Source of the DNA: Eledone cirrhosa | Lineage: Eukaryota | Length of the DNA: 64,000 nucleotides | Assembly: GCA_964016885.1 (NCBI GenBank) | Contig: OZ024740.1 | Coordinates: 286,006,001-286,070,000 of the forward strand | Reading direction: 5' to 3' | Shown: positions 12,324 through 24,735 of the stretch, piece after piece | Layout of the letters: each line of letters starts with the position of its first letter | Position numbering within the stretch: position 1 is the stretch's first letter | Position numbers and translations under genes: made by a program | Notes under the pieces: generated by a model | Seen by the model: only the letters and a program-made list of their open reading frames with translations | Databases searched by the model: none | Told to the model about the DNA's origin: nothing

Positions 12324-13169
12324 GTAAAATGAGAGGCCAGACTGGTGAAATTCCTTCAGCAAACACTATGTACATTTCAGTGGCCAGGTTCCGTAAGATC
12401 CTGGTAACATCATCAGGTGTTTATTGCATAATAGTTATATAATAAAGGAATAATGGTAAACACAATCCAAGAGGCTATAAGGATATAAAAAAAAAACAGA
12501 AAAATATCTTTGACTTGAAGGCGATCAAGAGGGCCAGTTGTCAGTTTGGCTGACCACCAATATATATTGAAGTGGATGTTTAAAATACCATTGTACTTAA
12601 AATATTCAAATATTTAATGCACGGGCACTCAATATGTATAAGTAGATTGTAAAATTTATTTTCTGAAGAGAAAACTGGCTGTTTCAGCTTTGTTCTTTAA
12701 TTTGGCTACATTTGGTGTCTGAAACTTGCTTATTTATAAGGCTCATTTCTGATTTAGGTTGTGGTTTTCATGCTTATTAGTTGCAGGCAAGTGGAGTATA
12801 TTTATGTACATGTATAAATATATAGAGGTCATTAGCATTGCGAAATGGATAAGAAGTTTGCTTCACAATCATGATTTTATTTCTTGCATCTTAGGATTTT
12901 ATTTCTTGCATCTTAGGTGTCTTCTACTTAAGCTTGTGTGTGTGTGAAACTGGTTTGACAAGAATTATGTGAAAGCCTATCAGATGGACTGTATCTGTAT
13001 TTAAAAAAGCCAGGCTTATACAGTGTAGCACAAAGTCATGAGGATTACAATAAAGGTGCAAGTATTTGTGGAATACTCAGCCACACAAATTATACTATAA
13101 TGAGTAAGTAGGCTTGTTAATTGATCCATTAGCATATACTTCAAAACCACTGCAAGATCCATTTTTATT

Positions 13170-14452
13170 ATATGCACAGTTTGGATTTTTGTGTCAGAAA
13201 GGAGCACCACAGATGTCCTCTTTTCAGTAAGACAGCTACAAGAAAAGTTCCTAACTTGTGTAAACTACTATATTGAACTTTCATGCACCTAGAGAAAGCT
13301 TTTGACAGAGTAGATCTGTTATCTGGTGGCCTTATCAAAACTAAGCATAGAATGGCTTGTGAGAACAGTGTAAACTATTCAGAGGAACTGTCAATAAAGT
13401 TAGATTAGTTAATAGTTTAGTAAGGAATTCAATGTGCAAGTAAGTGTTTATCAGAGCTCAGTTCTCAGTTCATTTCTGTTTATTATTGTTCTCCAAGCCA
13501 TAACAGAAGAGTTTAAAATTGGTTGACTATGGGAACTTTTATATAGAAAAATCTATGGAAGAGCTAATGTAGAAATTCTGGCTTTGAAAACAGAACTTAG
13601 AATCAAAATGACTCAGAGTAAACTTGGGAAAACCCAAGTTTTAGTAAGTAGGAAAGAAGACAGGATCTTGATCTCATTAAGGGAGTGGCTTTGCTTGATA
13701 TGTAGAAAAAAGAGTAGGTAGAAATTCTTTACAATGAACTTTAGATAAATTTTGGGTAAACAAGGTGTAGTGGGACAGCAGGCAGACTAACAGAAAAAAT
13801 AGGCTTTGTATGTGACAAATGTAAAGGATAGTTAGTAGTAAGAACATTGGTGAAATAAACTTTTTCCAATCCCAGGAAGAATCCATAGAAGGGGTTGGTG
13901 GCTTCTGCTACCTAGGTGATCTAATTAGCAGTGAATGATGGAAAAAGTTCAGAAAGCTACTTCCTCTGTGGACAATAAATGCTTTCTGTCTACTAACAAA
14001 AGACCGGCTGTTTATAGCCTGTATGCAATGTTACATTGTAATGATATGGGCAGTGGATGCAGAGGATATGCAAAGGCTGGAGAGAAATTAAGTGAGCATG
14101 CTTCAATGGATTATAATGTTAATATGCACGAATGATGAAGCGTAGATGAGTTGAAAGAAAGGCTGAGTATAAGAGGAATCAGATGTAGTGTGCAGTGGAG
14201 AAGTCTGTGCTAGTATAGACATGTGATGCATATGAATGATGATCGTCGAGTGAAGAATTACCAGGAAATCTCAGTGGAAGGAAACTGCAGTAGAGGGAGA
14301 CCAAGGAAGATCTGGGCAGAGGTTGAGAGAGTTGATCCCAAATTGCTGAAGCTCACAGAGATGATGGACTGCAACAGGCCAAGGAAAGCTGTGCTGGAAA
14401 AGACTCACCCACCACATATAAGCATGGAAATGTGGACATAACATGGTGATGA
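13170..14452 (+). mobile_element. Decayed 5'-truncated RTE-type LINE (RT domain to 3' tail)
   Basis: Remnant RT motifs STTDVLFSVRQLQEKF, LEKAFDRV and (Q)SSVLS-FLFIIV; Cys-rich segment; RGRPRKIW; (GAT) tail; many stops and frameshifts. Confidence 0.9.
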
Positions 14453-14456
14453 TATA

Positions 14457-14490
<34 letters not shown>

Positions 14491-17400
14491 CATGTTATTA
14501 CCACCTACCTTATTAGCATGGACTGAATGGGTTGTCATGGTCAGAGGCTAGATAGGTCAGAGAGACCTCGTCTTGCTCATATATTCCATATCTGGTATGG
14601 TTGCTATAGTTTGATGCCATTTTTAACACCAACCACCTTACAGGATGTACTGAGTACATATTATCATGGCACCAGTGCTAGAGAGGTTTGTCATATGCTT
14701 GGTCAGCTGGAAACTTTGGCAACCTGTAAGATACAGTAACTGTAATTCAAAGCCCCAGCCCTGTACATGCACTCTGTGATGCTAATTATTCCTGTGATTT
14801 ACATTAAGGATACAGATGTCTGCAATATTTAGATACACTACAATCCAATGAGTTTACTCCCTCTCTGTGTTTTTTCTTTTGTTTTCTTTTTCTTTTTGTC
14901 ATTATGAAAATTTTGAAAAAATTATCATTCAATGAGTAGAAAGTCCAGTTGACTGAACAAATGGAATATTCACAATCTAAACTAACAGGAATTCATTTTC
15001 TTTCTCTCTCTTTGTGTGTGTATGTAGTATGCATCCACTACATTGGTCTCCTACAAAATTGTGTTACTTCATGTATAAATATTGTCAATTTCTGTATTTA
15101 TCATCATTAACTGTTAAAAGGAGTTATTTACATAGAATGTTATTTTCTTGTAATCTTTTTTGTATTTCATTTCCATAGAAGATGGCATATTTTATTTCTA
15201 CTTTAACTTCGGATTTTCTTCTATGCATGATATAATGCATGTAATTTTCTGAAAAAGTAATTGTTGAACTCATCTATGTTTCACTAAACATTAGATGTTT
15301 GCCAAACTGATGTTGACTTAAACTTACACTTGCAAAATCTGATGTTCCTTTGTACTGGTATAACCTTAGTTAGGTTCTCACATATGCAATTTGATCTCAA
15401 ACAGTTCTTATAGTTTATATCTGTATAATTCATGTTACATAGTTTCAATTATGCTTCCTTGCTTCATGAAAAGTATTTTATGAATGTATTTCCTATATAA
15501 TATTTTGTATCGGTAATTGATAGTAAGCGATAGTTATGCTAATTAGTTGCCCCTCAAAAATAATCCAGAAATATGTAATGCTTTTCATGCAAAATTGTAC
15601 AACATCTGTGCTTAGATTAGAACTTCTGACATATCAATTAGTATTCTGTGACTTTGGTTACTCAACTTAACCCCTTTGATATCAACCCAGCCAAAACTGG
15701 TTCTGATTTTCTCAAACAAAACCACACAGTTTAAAGGGACCCTATTTAAAGTTTTATCAACATGATTTTACTTAAAAATCATTTGATACAAATACTATCC
15801 TAATAATTAAATAATTAATAACTTTCGTCAGCCCCTCCAACTTTTTCATAATTAATAGAAATACTCTGTATGCCATTCTAACTGTGGTAAAGGAAGGATT
15901 ATAAGAATATAAATTTGTTTTAGATGCTGCATTAAGTTAGTTTTCAATACATTATCAACTGCATTAGATCTTTAAATTATGTTCATCCATTTTCATTTCT
16001 ATGCTCCTAGGATGAAAATCTCCAGTCACTCACTAGTTTCTACTCTTAGCCCTAAAGACTCAAATTATGAAGTTTATTCCCATCTTTACTTTTAATTATC
16101 TTTGTGTGTATCTTGTTTAGAGTAAGTACACTCTCTCTCTCTCTGCTTGTTGTAAAAAGTAACTAAAATGGTTAGTCTCAAGAATGGCATCAAGTTGTAA
16201 AACATTATCTCAAAAGGAACCCCAGGATGAGTATGGAGTCTATCGTGTGGGCTGCAAGGGTGTTTCTTAAGCAGGGAAAAATAGCGTTGCTGTATTTCAA
16301 AATATTAACTTAATTACATTAATCTTTTTTAATATTTACACAACTTAATTGGTAAAATGATCTCTTCCTACAGTTCAGCTGATTCTGTTTTTCACTGTTG
16401 CTAAAAATTCCTCCCTTAACCATTTTGGAAGTTGGGGTAGATTTTTACCTGAATTATGTTGTAAACCATATGTATAACTAGTTTATTTTAAGATAGAAAA
16501 GAGTGAGTTCAATTCATAGGAGACGCCTAGGAATTTATGAAAGTTTCATATCACTAGTAAGCCAGAAGTACAGCCAAAGATATTTTACTGAATCAACAGT
16601 AAATTTCCAACCTAAGTTTCAAATGGCATCTGCTGTGAGAATTTAAGAATTTAGCTTTGTTTCATTAAGGTTAAGATTCATGCTTAAAACAAATGTTCGG
16701 AACTTGACTAAATAAGCCTTCCACTTGTATATTAGATTTAATCTATCTCCCTGGAGAAGTATGCACATAAAGTAAATATAGAAATGTTATTCCTCAGTAA
16801 TTAACACTTTAGCTTTGCTATTAATTATAGACCATCTCCTCTAGTAAAATGTAAATACCTCTACATATTTACTTGATTCATGTGTTCACTTGATTCAGGC
16901 ATTTTTGATAGGTGTAAATTGAGAAAGAACTAAGAGTGGACTCTATCTTGAAATTTTAGTGGGTATAATTGTGAATTGTACCAAATTTAACCACAATTGA
17001 TCTGATGTTAGGTGTTGCTTACATGAAAATAATAGCCAGTAATATACTTGTGCTGTGTGTATCCTGTTTTTTTTTAGAATAGACACACCATATCCTTGTC
17101 TGTTATAAGAAGCAACTAAAAGGGTTGACATCAAGCAGAGTATCCTGCTGTAAAACATTGTTTCAAAACAACCTGTCCAACCCATGTCAGCATGGAAAAG
17201 AATGTAAAAACAATGATGACACTAGTCTCATGAGTACAGACTCTGTCACAAATAGCAACCCACTGAAAAGCATTTCTGTTTCAATAATACTAAACTACTC
17301 ATTTTAAAGGGTTACTATTTAAATCAAATATATAATTTTATATAAGAACTATTTATTGTTATAAATTTTGTCCTACTCATGCTAGCATGGAAGATAGACT

Positions 17401-17745
17401 TTAAATGATGATGATGATGAAATCCCATTGTGATAATGGAATAAGTAATTTTAGTAAATCCCTCCAAATGTTTCATTAATTAATTGAAATATAGTGTATT
17501 TCATTAGAAATGTGGTCATGAAAGGGTTAAAGAAATTAGCCTAAAATCCATCTTATTAATGAGTGTTTGGTGTTGGGAAAAATCACAATTGTTTTAGAGG
17601 GTGGAGAAATCTTGTAAATGTTCTGAAGGTGATGTAACATAGGAAAACAGATGTAAAATAGAGATTATAAAATAATTTCATTTGAAAATATTTCAAGTCA
17701 TTTTGAATAAAAAGACTTCATTTGAGTAATTGCATAATCTGCTTG

Positions 17746-17940
17746 ATACCAACCCAACCAAAACTGGCTCTGGTTCTATGAAACAAATCCTACTATTTTA
17801 AAGGGTTCCTATACCAACCAAGCCAAAACTGGCTCTGGTTCTATGAAATAAATTCACCCATTTTAAAGGGTTCCTATACAACCCACCCAAAACTGGCTCT
17901 GGTTCTATGAAACAAATTCACCAATTTTAAAGGGTTCCTA
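17746..17940. repeat. Three tandem copies of a 65-bp unit at the end of a MITE family C copy
   Basis: ATAC(C)AACC..CCAAAACTGGCTCTGGTTCTATGAAA...AAAGGGTTCCT starts at 17746, 17811 and 17876. Confidence 0.9.
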
Positions 17941-18837
17941 TTAAGTTTGAATCTTACAATATAATTTTATGAAAGAACCATATGTTAAATTACTTAGATT
18001 CTTAGTAATGAAATAATTAATAATATTAGTAAATCCTTCTAAATTATTAATTAATTAATTGAAATAGTCTATCATTAGAAATTGTCACAAATGGGATAAG
18101 GGAAGGATTATTATTCATTGAATCAACCTCATTATGTTACTGGTACATATTTCATATATGCACTGAAATAAAGTACAATTGATCTCAGGAAAATGCATGA
18201 GCTAGGGGTTAGTGTTGAACTCATGATTATAAAGTTGTGGATTCTATTCCTGGACTGGATGTTGTGTTCTTGTACCAAATACTTCATTTAACATTGTACT
18301 TCATTATAGGATTGGGTTCCCTATCATTAAAACACCTGAGAAACTTCCTATAAGATGCAATGTTGTAGGAAGTCAACTCAACCTACATTAGAGTGATCTC
18401 TAAATTACATTTTCTTTTTCATTAATGCAATGAACTAAATAGGTATTCACTCCCTCAAAAAATCTTCATTATATATTTCTTTTAATATAATTAAATTTCT
18501 TATTAATGTTGTTAAAAACAAAATATTCAAAAAATGTTATGGTAAATTTAATATTGACAATAATTTGATGATAAATATAAAATATCAAAAAATGTATATG
18601 ACTTTTTTTTTATCTAATATTTCTCATCAGATGACTAAAAGATTTCAGCAACTCAATTTTATTACCTTTTAACTTTTATTTCACTTTTTAATTAGATTTT
18701 ACACTTAGGTAAATATTTTTATAAGATTTATTTTAGTAATTAGATGTATTTGGCTACACTTAGGTAAATATTTTATTCCTATTTTTTAAATAAGGCCAGC
18801 AATATTGAGAGGAGAAGTAAGTTGATTAAACTGATCC

Positions 18838-19041
18838 AGTATTTAACTGGGACTTTATTTTATTGACCCTGGATGACGAAAGGCAAAGTTGACCTTGGTG
18901 GGAGTTGAGCTTAGAATGTAAAGGGCTGTAACAAAATACCACAAATTTACAGCCCTTTACATACTAAGTTTAAATCCCACCAAAATCAACTTTGTCTTAC
19001 ATCCTTCCAGAGTCAAAATAATAAAGTACCAGTTAAATACT
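18838..19041. repeat. Head-to-head inverted SINE-B pair forming a hairpin
   Basis: Perfect 15-bp TGTAAAGGGCTGTAA/TTACAGCCCTTTACA stem around a 15-nt loop, extending imperfectly for ~95 bp. Confidence 0.85.
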
Positions 19042-19141
19042 AGGAGCTGTTATGACTGACTCCCCCTCTCTTCTGAATTAGAAACCTTTTCTTTTAATAA
19101 TGAATCTCATTGACGTTTATTTTTGAAATGACTATTTTCAG

Positions 19142-19402
19142 ATTGGTTATCCTGATGTTCACCTTCTGAAAGGTGGATCCCCACAGCAACAGCAACAACA
19201 GCAACAGCAACAACAACAACAGCAACAACAACAGCAGCAGCAGCAACACCTCCAACAACATCATCCCCACCATCACCAACACCAACAACAACAGCGGCTC
19301 GGTGGAGGTGCCATTATGAATGTACCTCCAGAGCATTCTGTGGCTGGAGTTGACCCCACTATGAAGTTTACTCGAATGCATTCCGAGTCTAGCGCTGACC
19401 AA
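19142..19402 (+). CDS. RAPGEF2: Internal coding exon (87 codons, phase 0-0) of PDZ-GEF: IGYPDVHLLKGGSP-Q21-HLQQHHPHHHQHQQQQRLGGG...SADQ
   Basis: TATTTTCAG acceptor ending at 19141, CAA|GTGAGT donor, open frame, mixed CAA/CAG codons. As I recall, IGYPDV resembles the segment just after the N-terminal cNMP-like domain of invertebrate PDZ-GEFs. It joins exon 29447 in frame. Confidence 0.8.
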
Positions 19403-21147
19403 GTGAGTACATTTTTCATATTCAAGCTGAATATCAAATTTGGGAGTATTTGTAGTTCATATCATGAACTGAAATTCTGCTTCAGGAATTTCATTTCTTT
19501 ATCAAAATAACTTTGAAACCCACCACCATCATCATCCCCATTGGTATTTTACATCCATTTTCCATGCATGCATAGATTGACTGGATTGCTGTGGTTAAAG
19601 TCGGTTCTTATTCGGGGTTATTGCCTTCTGACATTTTGCTTATATGTTAGAATTTTTGTGTGATTTGTGTGGCTCAATGCTCTTCCTAACACCAACCACG
19701 TTACAGACTATACTGGGTGCATTTTATCAAGGCACCAAAACTAAGTAGAATACTTTGCTCCCTGTATGACAAAAGAGTCCCCTCATCTCTACATCATCAC
19801 CATTCTTTTAAGCCATATCTGAGGGTGTGATGGCCAACAGTTTAAGTGAGACACTTCTATAATATGAGGAAACAATGTATTCTGGCTGGGCAACACCTGT
19901 TTAAGAGAACATTAATGTCAAACTTTGTAGATCTATCTAACCTATATAACATGAAGGGGAAACATTCCGCACACAAGATAATCTGTTACTAAACAGCTAT
20001 TGACTTAACGCTAGCATACTTTATATTTTATCTATAACTGTTCCCTACTTTAAGAGCATTGACATTTCTGAATTAGCTTTAGTTTTCAACATAAAATGCT
20101 GACCTTTTCATTGAAATTTCCAATAAAAATATTTTGATAGATAATGATCAGTCAACCTCTGAATGTGTTCATTCAGTTCTTATGTAATATTTCAGTTGTT
20201 AGAATGTTTATAACTTGACCATTATTTATTTATTTATTCATTTATTTGAACATTCTAATGTGAATGTTTTCATGTTAGCATTTGTGAGATAGTTCAGCTC
20301 ATCTTGGATTTTATATGGATGGTTGGGATATAATCTATACACAAGAGATGCACTTGGAAACTATAAAGAATTTGTTGTTGAAATAGATGACAGAATAGAT
20401 GTAGGCAAGTAGGTTACTTTACATTACACATTAGTTCTATGGTTAAAGATTTGAAGTGAAACATTATGAGCCACTGATCCATTCATTATCTAAACCACTC
20501 TGCTACTACTATGCTTTTGTAGAGTGTAAATCTTGTGTGATATTTGTTTATTATTGTGGATTGTGAATAGTTCTATTTGTCTTTTATTGGTTTCAGCTAT
20601 TGTACTGTGGTTATTGATTATACCTTTTATTTCTGTTGATATGTCAATATTGTGGATCATGAGTTTGAGTTTTCATTGGAAAGGGAAGTTGAATCACCAT
20701 TTATTTTCCAACAATAATAGGGAGTTTTAGATTCTTTCAGAAATATATACAACTTATAAAAATTATTAATATTTATTTATTATCCATGCTTCTTATTTTT
20801 TTTTATCCTTATTTCTAATGAATACACTGCTTATATTTTTTAACATATTTAGAAAATAAATAAATTTTTTGGAGGAATTTAATAAAATAACTAATTTCTC
20901 CATCAGTGAGCTGATGTCTGGAATAATAACAAAATTTCTCAGAAGTTTTTAATATAAGTATGAACATTTTCAAATGGGTAGTTCTGTATCATAAAACCAG
21001 GCTGGTTTCAGGTGGTTTGGTATCAAAACAGTTAAACTATTCATACAAAAAAGACTATGATAACATATATAATGTTACAATACAATAAGACTATATGATA
21101 AGCAACTTAATTAGGCAATTTTAATCAACTAGAAAACATTATTAGAA

Positions 21148-21325
21148 TATGAGGGTCGCCTGAAATGTTCATAGGCTGACTAAGATACTCTCATGGAATA
21201 ACCAAATGAGGTTTATTTTTCAACATAATCCCTGGAAAGAAACAATGTAGTTATTAATAAGAAGAGTTGAAATTAATGCAAGATTTCACAGCTCTAGCAT
21301 CACTCCTTTTCAGCCAACCCTCGTA
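21148..21325. mobile_element. mariner/Tc1-like MITE
   Basis: TA|TGAGGGTCGCCTGAAA ... TTTTCAGCCAACCCTCG|TA: imperfect TIRs with a TA duplication. Confidence 0.75.
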
Positions 21326-22266
21326 TAGTTTAATTTTATATAGTAGTGATGTTAGTGAATCCATATTATTATGACCAGTATTGTATTTGACAACTTGACC
21401 CAATGTTGCACTTAATATTCTGTAATGCGTTAGCAAGAGAAATATCTCAAAATCGTTTTGTTAACTCAATTGTTTATAGTATTTTTACTAGTGAATAGAT
21501 CTTTGTAAAATTTGCAGTATTAGAGTAAAAACTTTAAATTTTAGTGTGAGGTAATCTTAGTGTTTTGTACTTTTCAACAATGTCTTGCTAATGTGGTATA
21601 GGATGCTAAGGATTAACCATTACCTGGTCCTTATGTTACAAACATTCAATCCAGACAGCCAACCCTCTAATTCCATATTTTTCCTGCAGTCATTGACCTG
21701 CAAATGTTCAGACTGGGTCACTTCAGTCTGTATAGGACTGTGAATGTCATAGACATATCTCTCTCCCTGACAGACTGATAAGGAAAATATGTGTGTGTGT
21801 ATGTATATATATAATGTGTGTGTGTGTGTGTATAGAGGGGGAGGGGGCGTCAAATAGATATTTTATGCTATACTACTTTGATGTCACTTCATTCTAACCC
21901 TAGACTCTATCAGCAAACATTAAACATTATATGTGAAAATAATCACCAGCAATTATTTTCTCCCTTGTAGTCACTAGTCTGGTTGTGCTTATCGCTCTTA
22001 ATAATGAAGAAGTTACTAAATCCCTCCAAGTTATTGATGATTTTTTTAAAGGTTTTGAAAATTATATGTAATGTCTTTCATTGGACTTTTGGTAATGAAA
22101 AGGCTCAACAGATGTTGGGCAAATCTCCTTTTTGGAGAGCCTATCACAAATACTGCATATACTCAGTTTAGAATAGGTACACTGTATATATGCATGTTGC
22201 ATGAGACACAAGGAAGGCTGTGATTTCCATGATGCATATGAAGCATATCATGGTGCCTGCATAGTC

Positions 22267-22495
22267 TTAACCCTTTAGTATTTACATTACTCTATATATA
22301 CTATTGCAATTTTGTGGTAAAGGCTTTATCTTACATAATTATCTCACACAATATCGAATTTATGAGATTTTGATGTTATTTATTTTGAGAACAATACCTT
22401 AACATAAGTACGAGTGGCCAGTTATAGCCATTTTGAACAGAAAGAGGTGAGAGAATTCTGGCTGGATACAGCCGGTTTAAATGCAAATGGGTTAA
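22267..22495. mobile_element. piggyBac-like MITE (family A)
   Basis: TTAA|CCCTTTAG...ATGGG|TTAA; internally homologous to 2791-3015. Confidence 0.85.
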
Positions 22496-22950
22496 AACAC
22501 GTATTGTTGTTTGTTGTTGCCATTCTATCTCAGGTAACTTTTCCTACTAAAACAATTAAAGCTGAGAACTGCCAGCCAAAGAATTACTCATGAAGTTTAC
22601 ACTGCAGTTACTGCTTACAGTGGCAAATGACAATACCATACAGTAACTACTTAAAGCTAGGTGGAATTAGCCATTGAGAATTAAGTGTCTTGGTCATGGA
22701 CACAGCTTAGTACCAATGACCAGCACTATACAAACTACTGACCTACCAGTTGGTTGTCTGCTATTCTTATTGACTCAGCCATCCACGGTCTCTTAGTATA
22801 CAAATTGTACCAAAGTAGTTGGATAGTAACTAGTAAAAAAAAAAAGTGACTGTAGGTCAACTTAGACTGTTAATTAATTTTCTTTTGTATGTAATTATAT
22901 TCAGTGATTTTCATCAAGGAAGTCCTGCATATAATTAGATGTAGTTAAGA

Positions 22951-24735
22951 CTGAATGATGGGAGACTTCAATGCACATGTTGGAACTGATCATCTGTTTT
23001 GGAAAGGAGTGATTGGAAGGAATGGCGACCCCGATCAATAATTGATTTTGTTATTGTCTCTTATCTCTTCAATTTTGTGCTGGATGTTCGAGTTAATAGA
23101 GGGGCTGAGGTGTCAACTGATCGCCATCTAGTTATCTGCAACTTGAGACTACCTAAAGCCAAAGAAGCTAAAAAAAACTGGCAGGTCCAGGGTGACCTAC
23201 AGGATAAAGTGGGAAGCCTTAAGGGATAACCAAATCAGAACCAGATATACAAATATTATTGCATCCAAATTCAGAGAACTCACTGAGCAAACTGAGGACG
23301 ATTGTTCAGCTCAGCTGTTAAATGCTGCAGGCAAAAGAGGCTTGGTGTGACGCCAGATGGTAGAAGGACCCCTTGGTTCAATCAAGAGGTCAAAGATGCC
23401 ATTCGAGCAAAGTTTGACTTGGAAATAAATCCTTCTCTTTGCACTTGCAGTACAAGCAGACAGAAAAAAACTACAGCAGAGACAGTAAAGGCATTCAAAG
23501 TTAAAACATGGGAGGACTTTGGGGTTAAGCTGGAATCTGACTTCAGATCAGCAAATAAAGTGTTCTGACAGACCATCTGCTAACTTCCTAATAAGAAACC
23601 TTCCTCCACACTTGCTATCAGTAATGCATCTGGAGTTCTACATCTTTTGATGTACATGAGGTGCATCTGGAAGCAGTGACTAATCTTTCGGAGGCTGAAG
23701 TCACAAAAGCAGTTAAAGAACTCAAATGTGGCATAGCTGCTGGGGAAGATGAAATCCAACCCAAGATGTTAAAAGCCTTAAATAGAGAAGGTATTCTCTG
23801 GCTGACTCATGTGTGCCGGGTGGCTTGGATCTCTGGAAAGGTACCGAAGCAATGACAGATCTTTGAGAAATTGTGCGAGTATTGCCAAGAGGTATATTCT
23901 TGTTTTGTAGATATCGAAAAGGCATATGACTGTGATCCAAGATTGACATGCTCGGGTGGGTTGGAAGTGGTATCATGACTGGCAGATGTAAAATGAGTCG
24001 GCTGGAATTTGCAGACAGCATGGCTCAGTGGTTAGAGCATTGGCCTTGCAATCGAAAGGTTGTGAGTTCAATTCTCAGACCGGGTGATGTGTTGTTTCCT
24101 TGAGCAAGACACTTTATTTCACATTGCTCCAGTTTACTCAGTTGTAGAAATGAGATGGTAGGGACTGGGGTCCATATCATTCCACTGCAAAGTGGTTGTG
24201 GAGGTACCATGGTAAAAAAAGCACCGAGCACTCACTGTAAATGAGGTTGGTGTTAGGAAGGGCATCCAGCTGTATAAATCAAGCCAGAATCAGTTCCCGT
24301 CCTGCCCTTGCAAGCAGGGAAAAAGCGGACGTAAAATGAAATGATGATGGTGTTACTTAACTCGACGGAAGGTGATCCCTGACTTGCATTTGATAGGTTT
24401 GATGCCGAGTTCCTCCGAAGGGTCTTTGGAGTAACATTATTTCATAAAGTACATAGCTCAGAGATCAGAGAGTCACTCCAGGAAGAGCTGCTACTTCTAC
24501 AAATTGAGAAATCACAGCTCCGATAGTATGGGCATGTGGTTAAAATGCCTTTGGAAAGAATCGCTGGGCCTATTTTATGGGAAAAACCAACTGGCAGGAT
24601 GGTTGGATAACATCCATGAGCTTGGCTGGTCTCACCTGTTTATCCAGCCGGATCAGATAAAGATGGTTGCTTCTGACAGCACTCGCTGAATGGAGTGTTT
24701 AAGGACTCTGCTCCCATGACCCTCTCGGGAAAAAG
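22951..24735 (+). mobile_element. Decayed, internally deleted LINE (APE endonuclease and RT remnants), probably RTE clade, interrupted by a SINE
   Basis: MGDFNAHVG, RSIIDFVIVS, STDRHLVIC, EAEVTKAVKELKCGIAAGEDEI, CFVDIEKAYD, LEFAD/[SINE]/VLLNSTEGD. Confidence 0.9.
24017..24349 (+). mobile_element. tRNA-derived SINE family A, nearly full length
   Basis: A box TGGCTCAGTGG, B box GAGTTCAATTC, CCTTGAGCAAGACACT core, LINE-like tail; highly similar to 53710 and 56725. Confidence 0.9.

Noticed and set aside
19094-19402. Minus-strand poly-Leu ORF
   Set aside because: Antisense shadow of the polyQ exon
24017-24085. tRNA gene (also 53710 and 56725)
   Set aside because: A and B boxes continue into SINE core and LINE-like tail; no proper cloverleaf, so these are SINE heads
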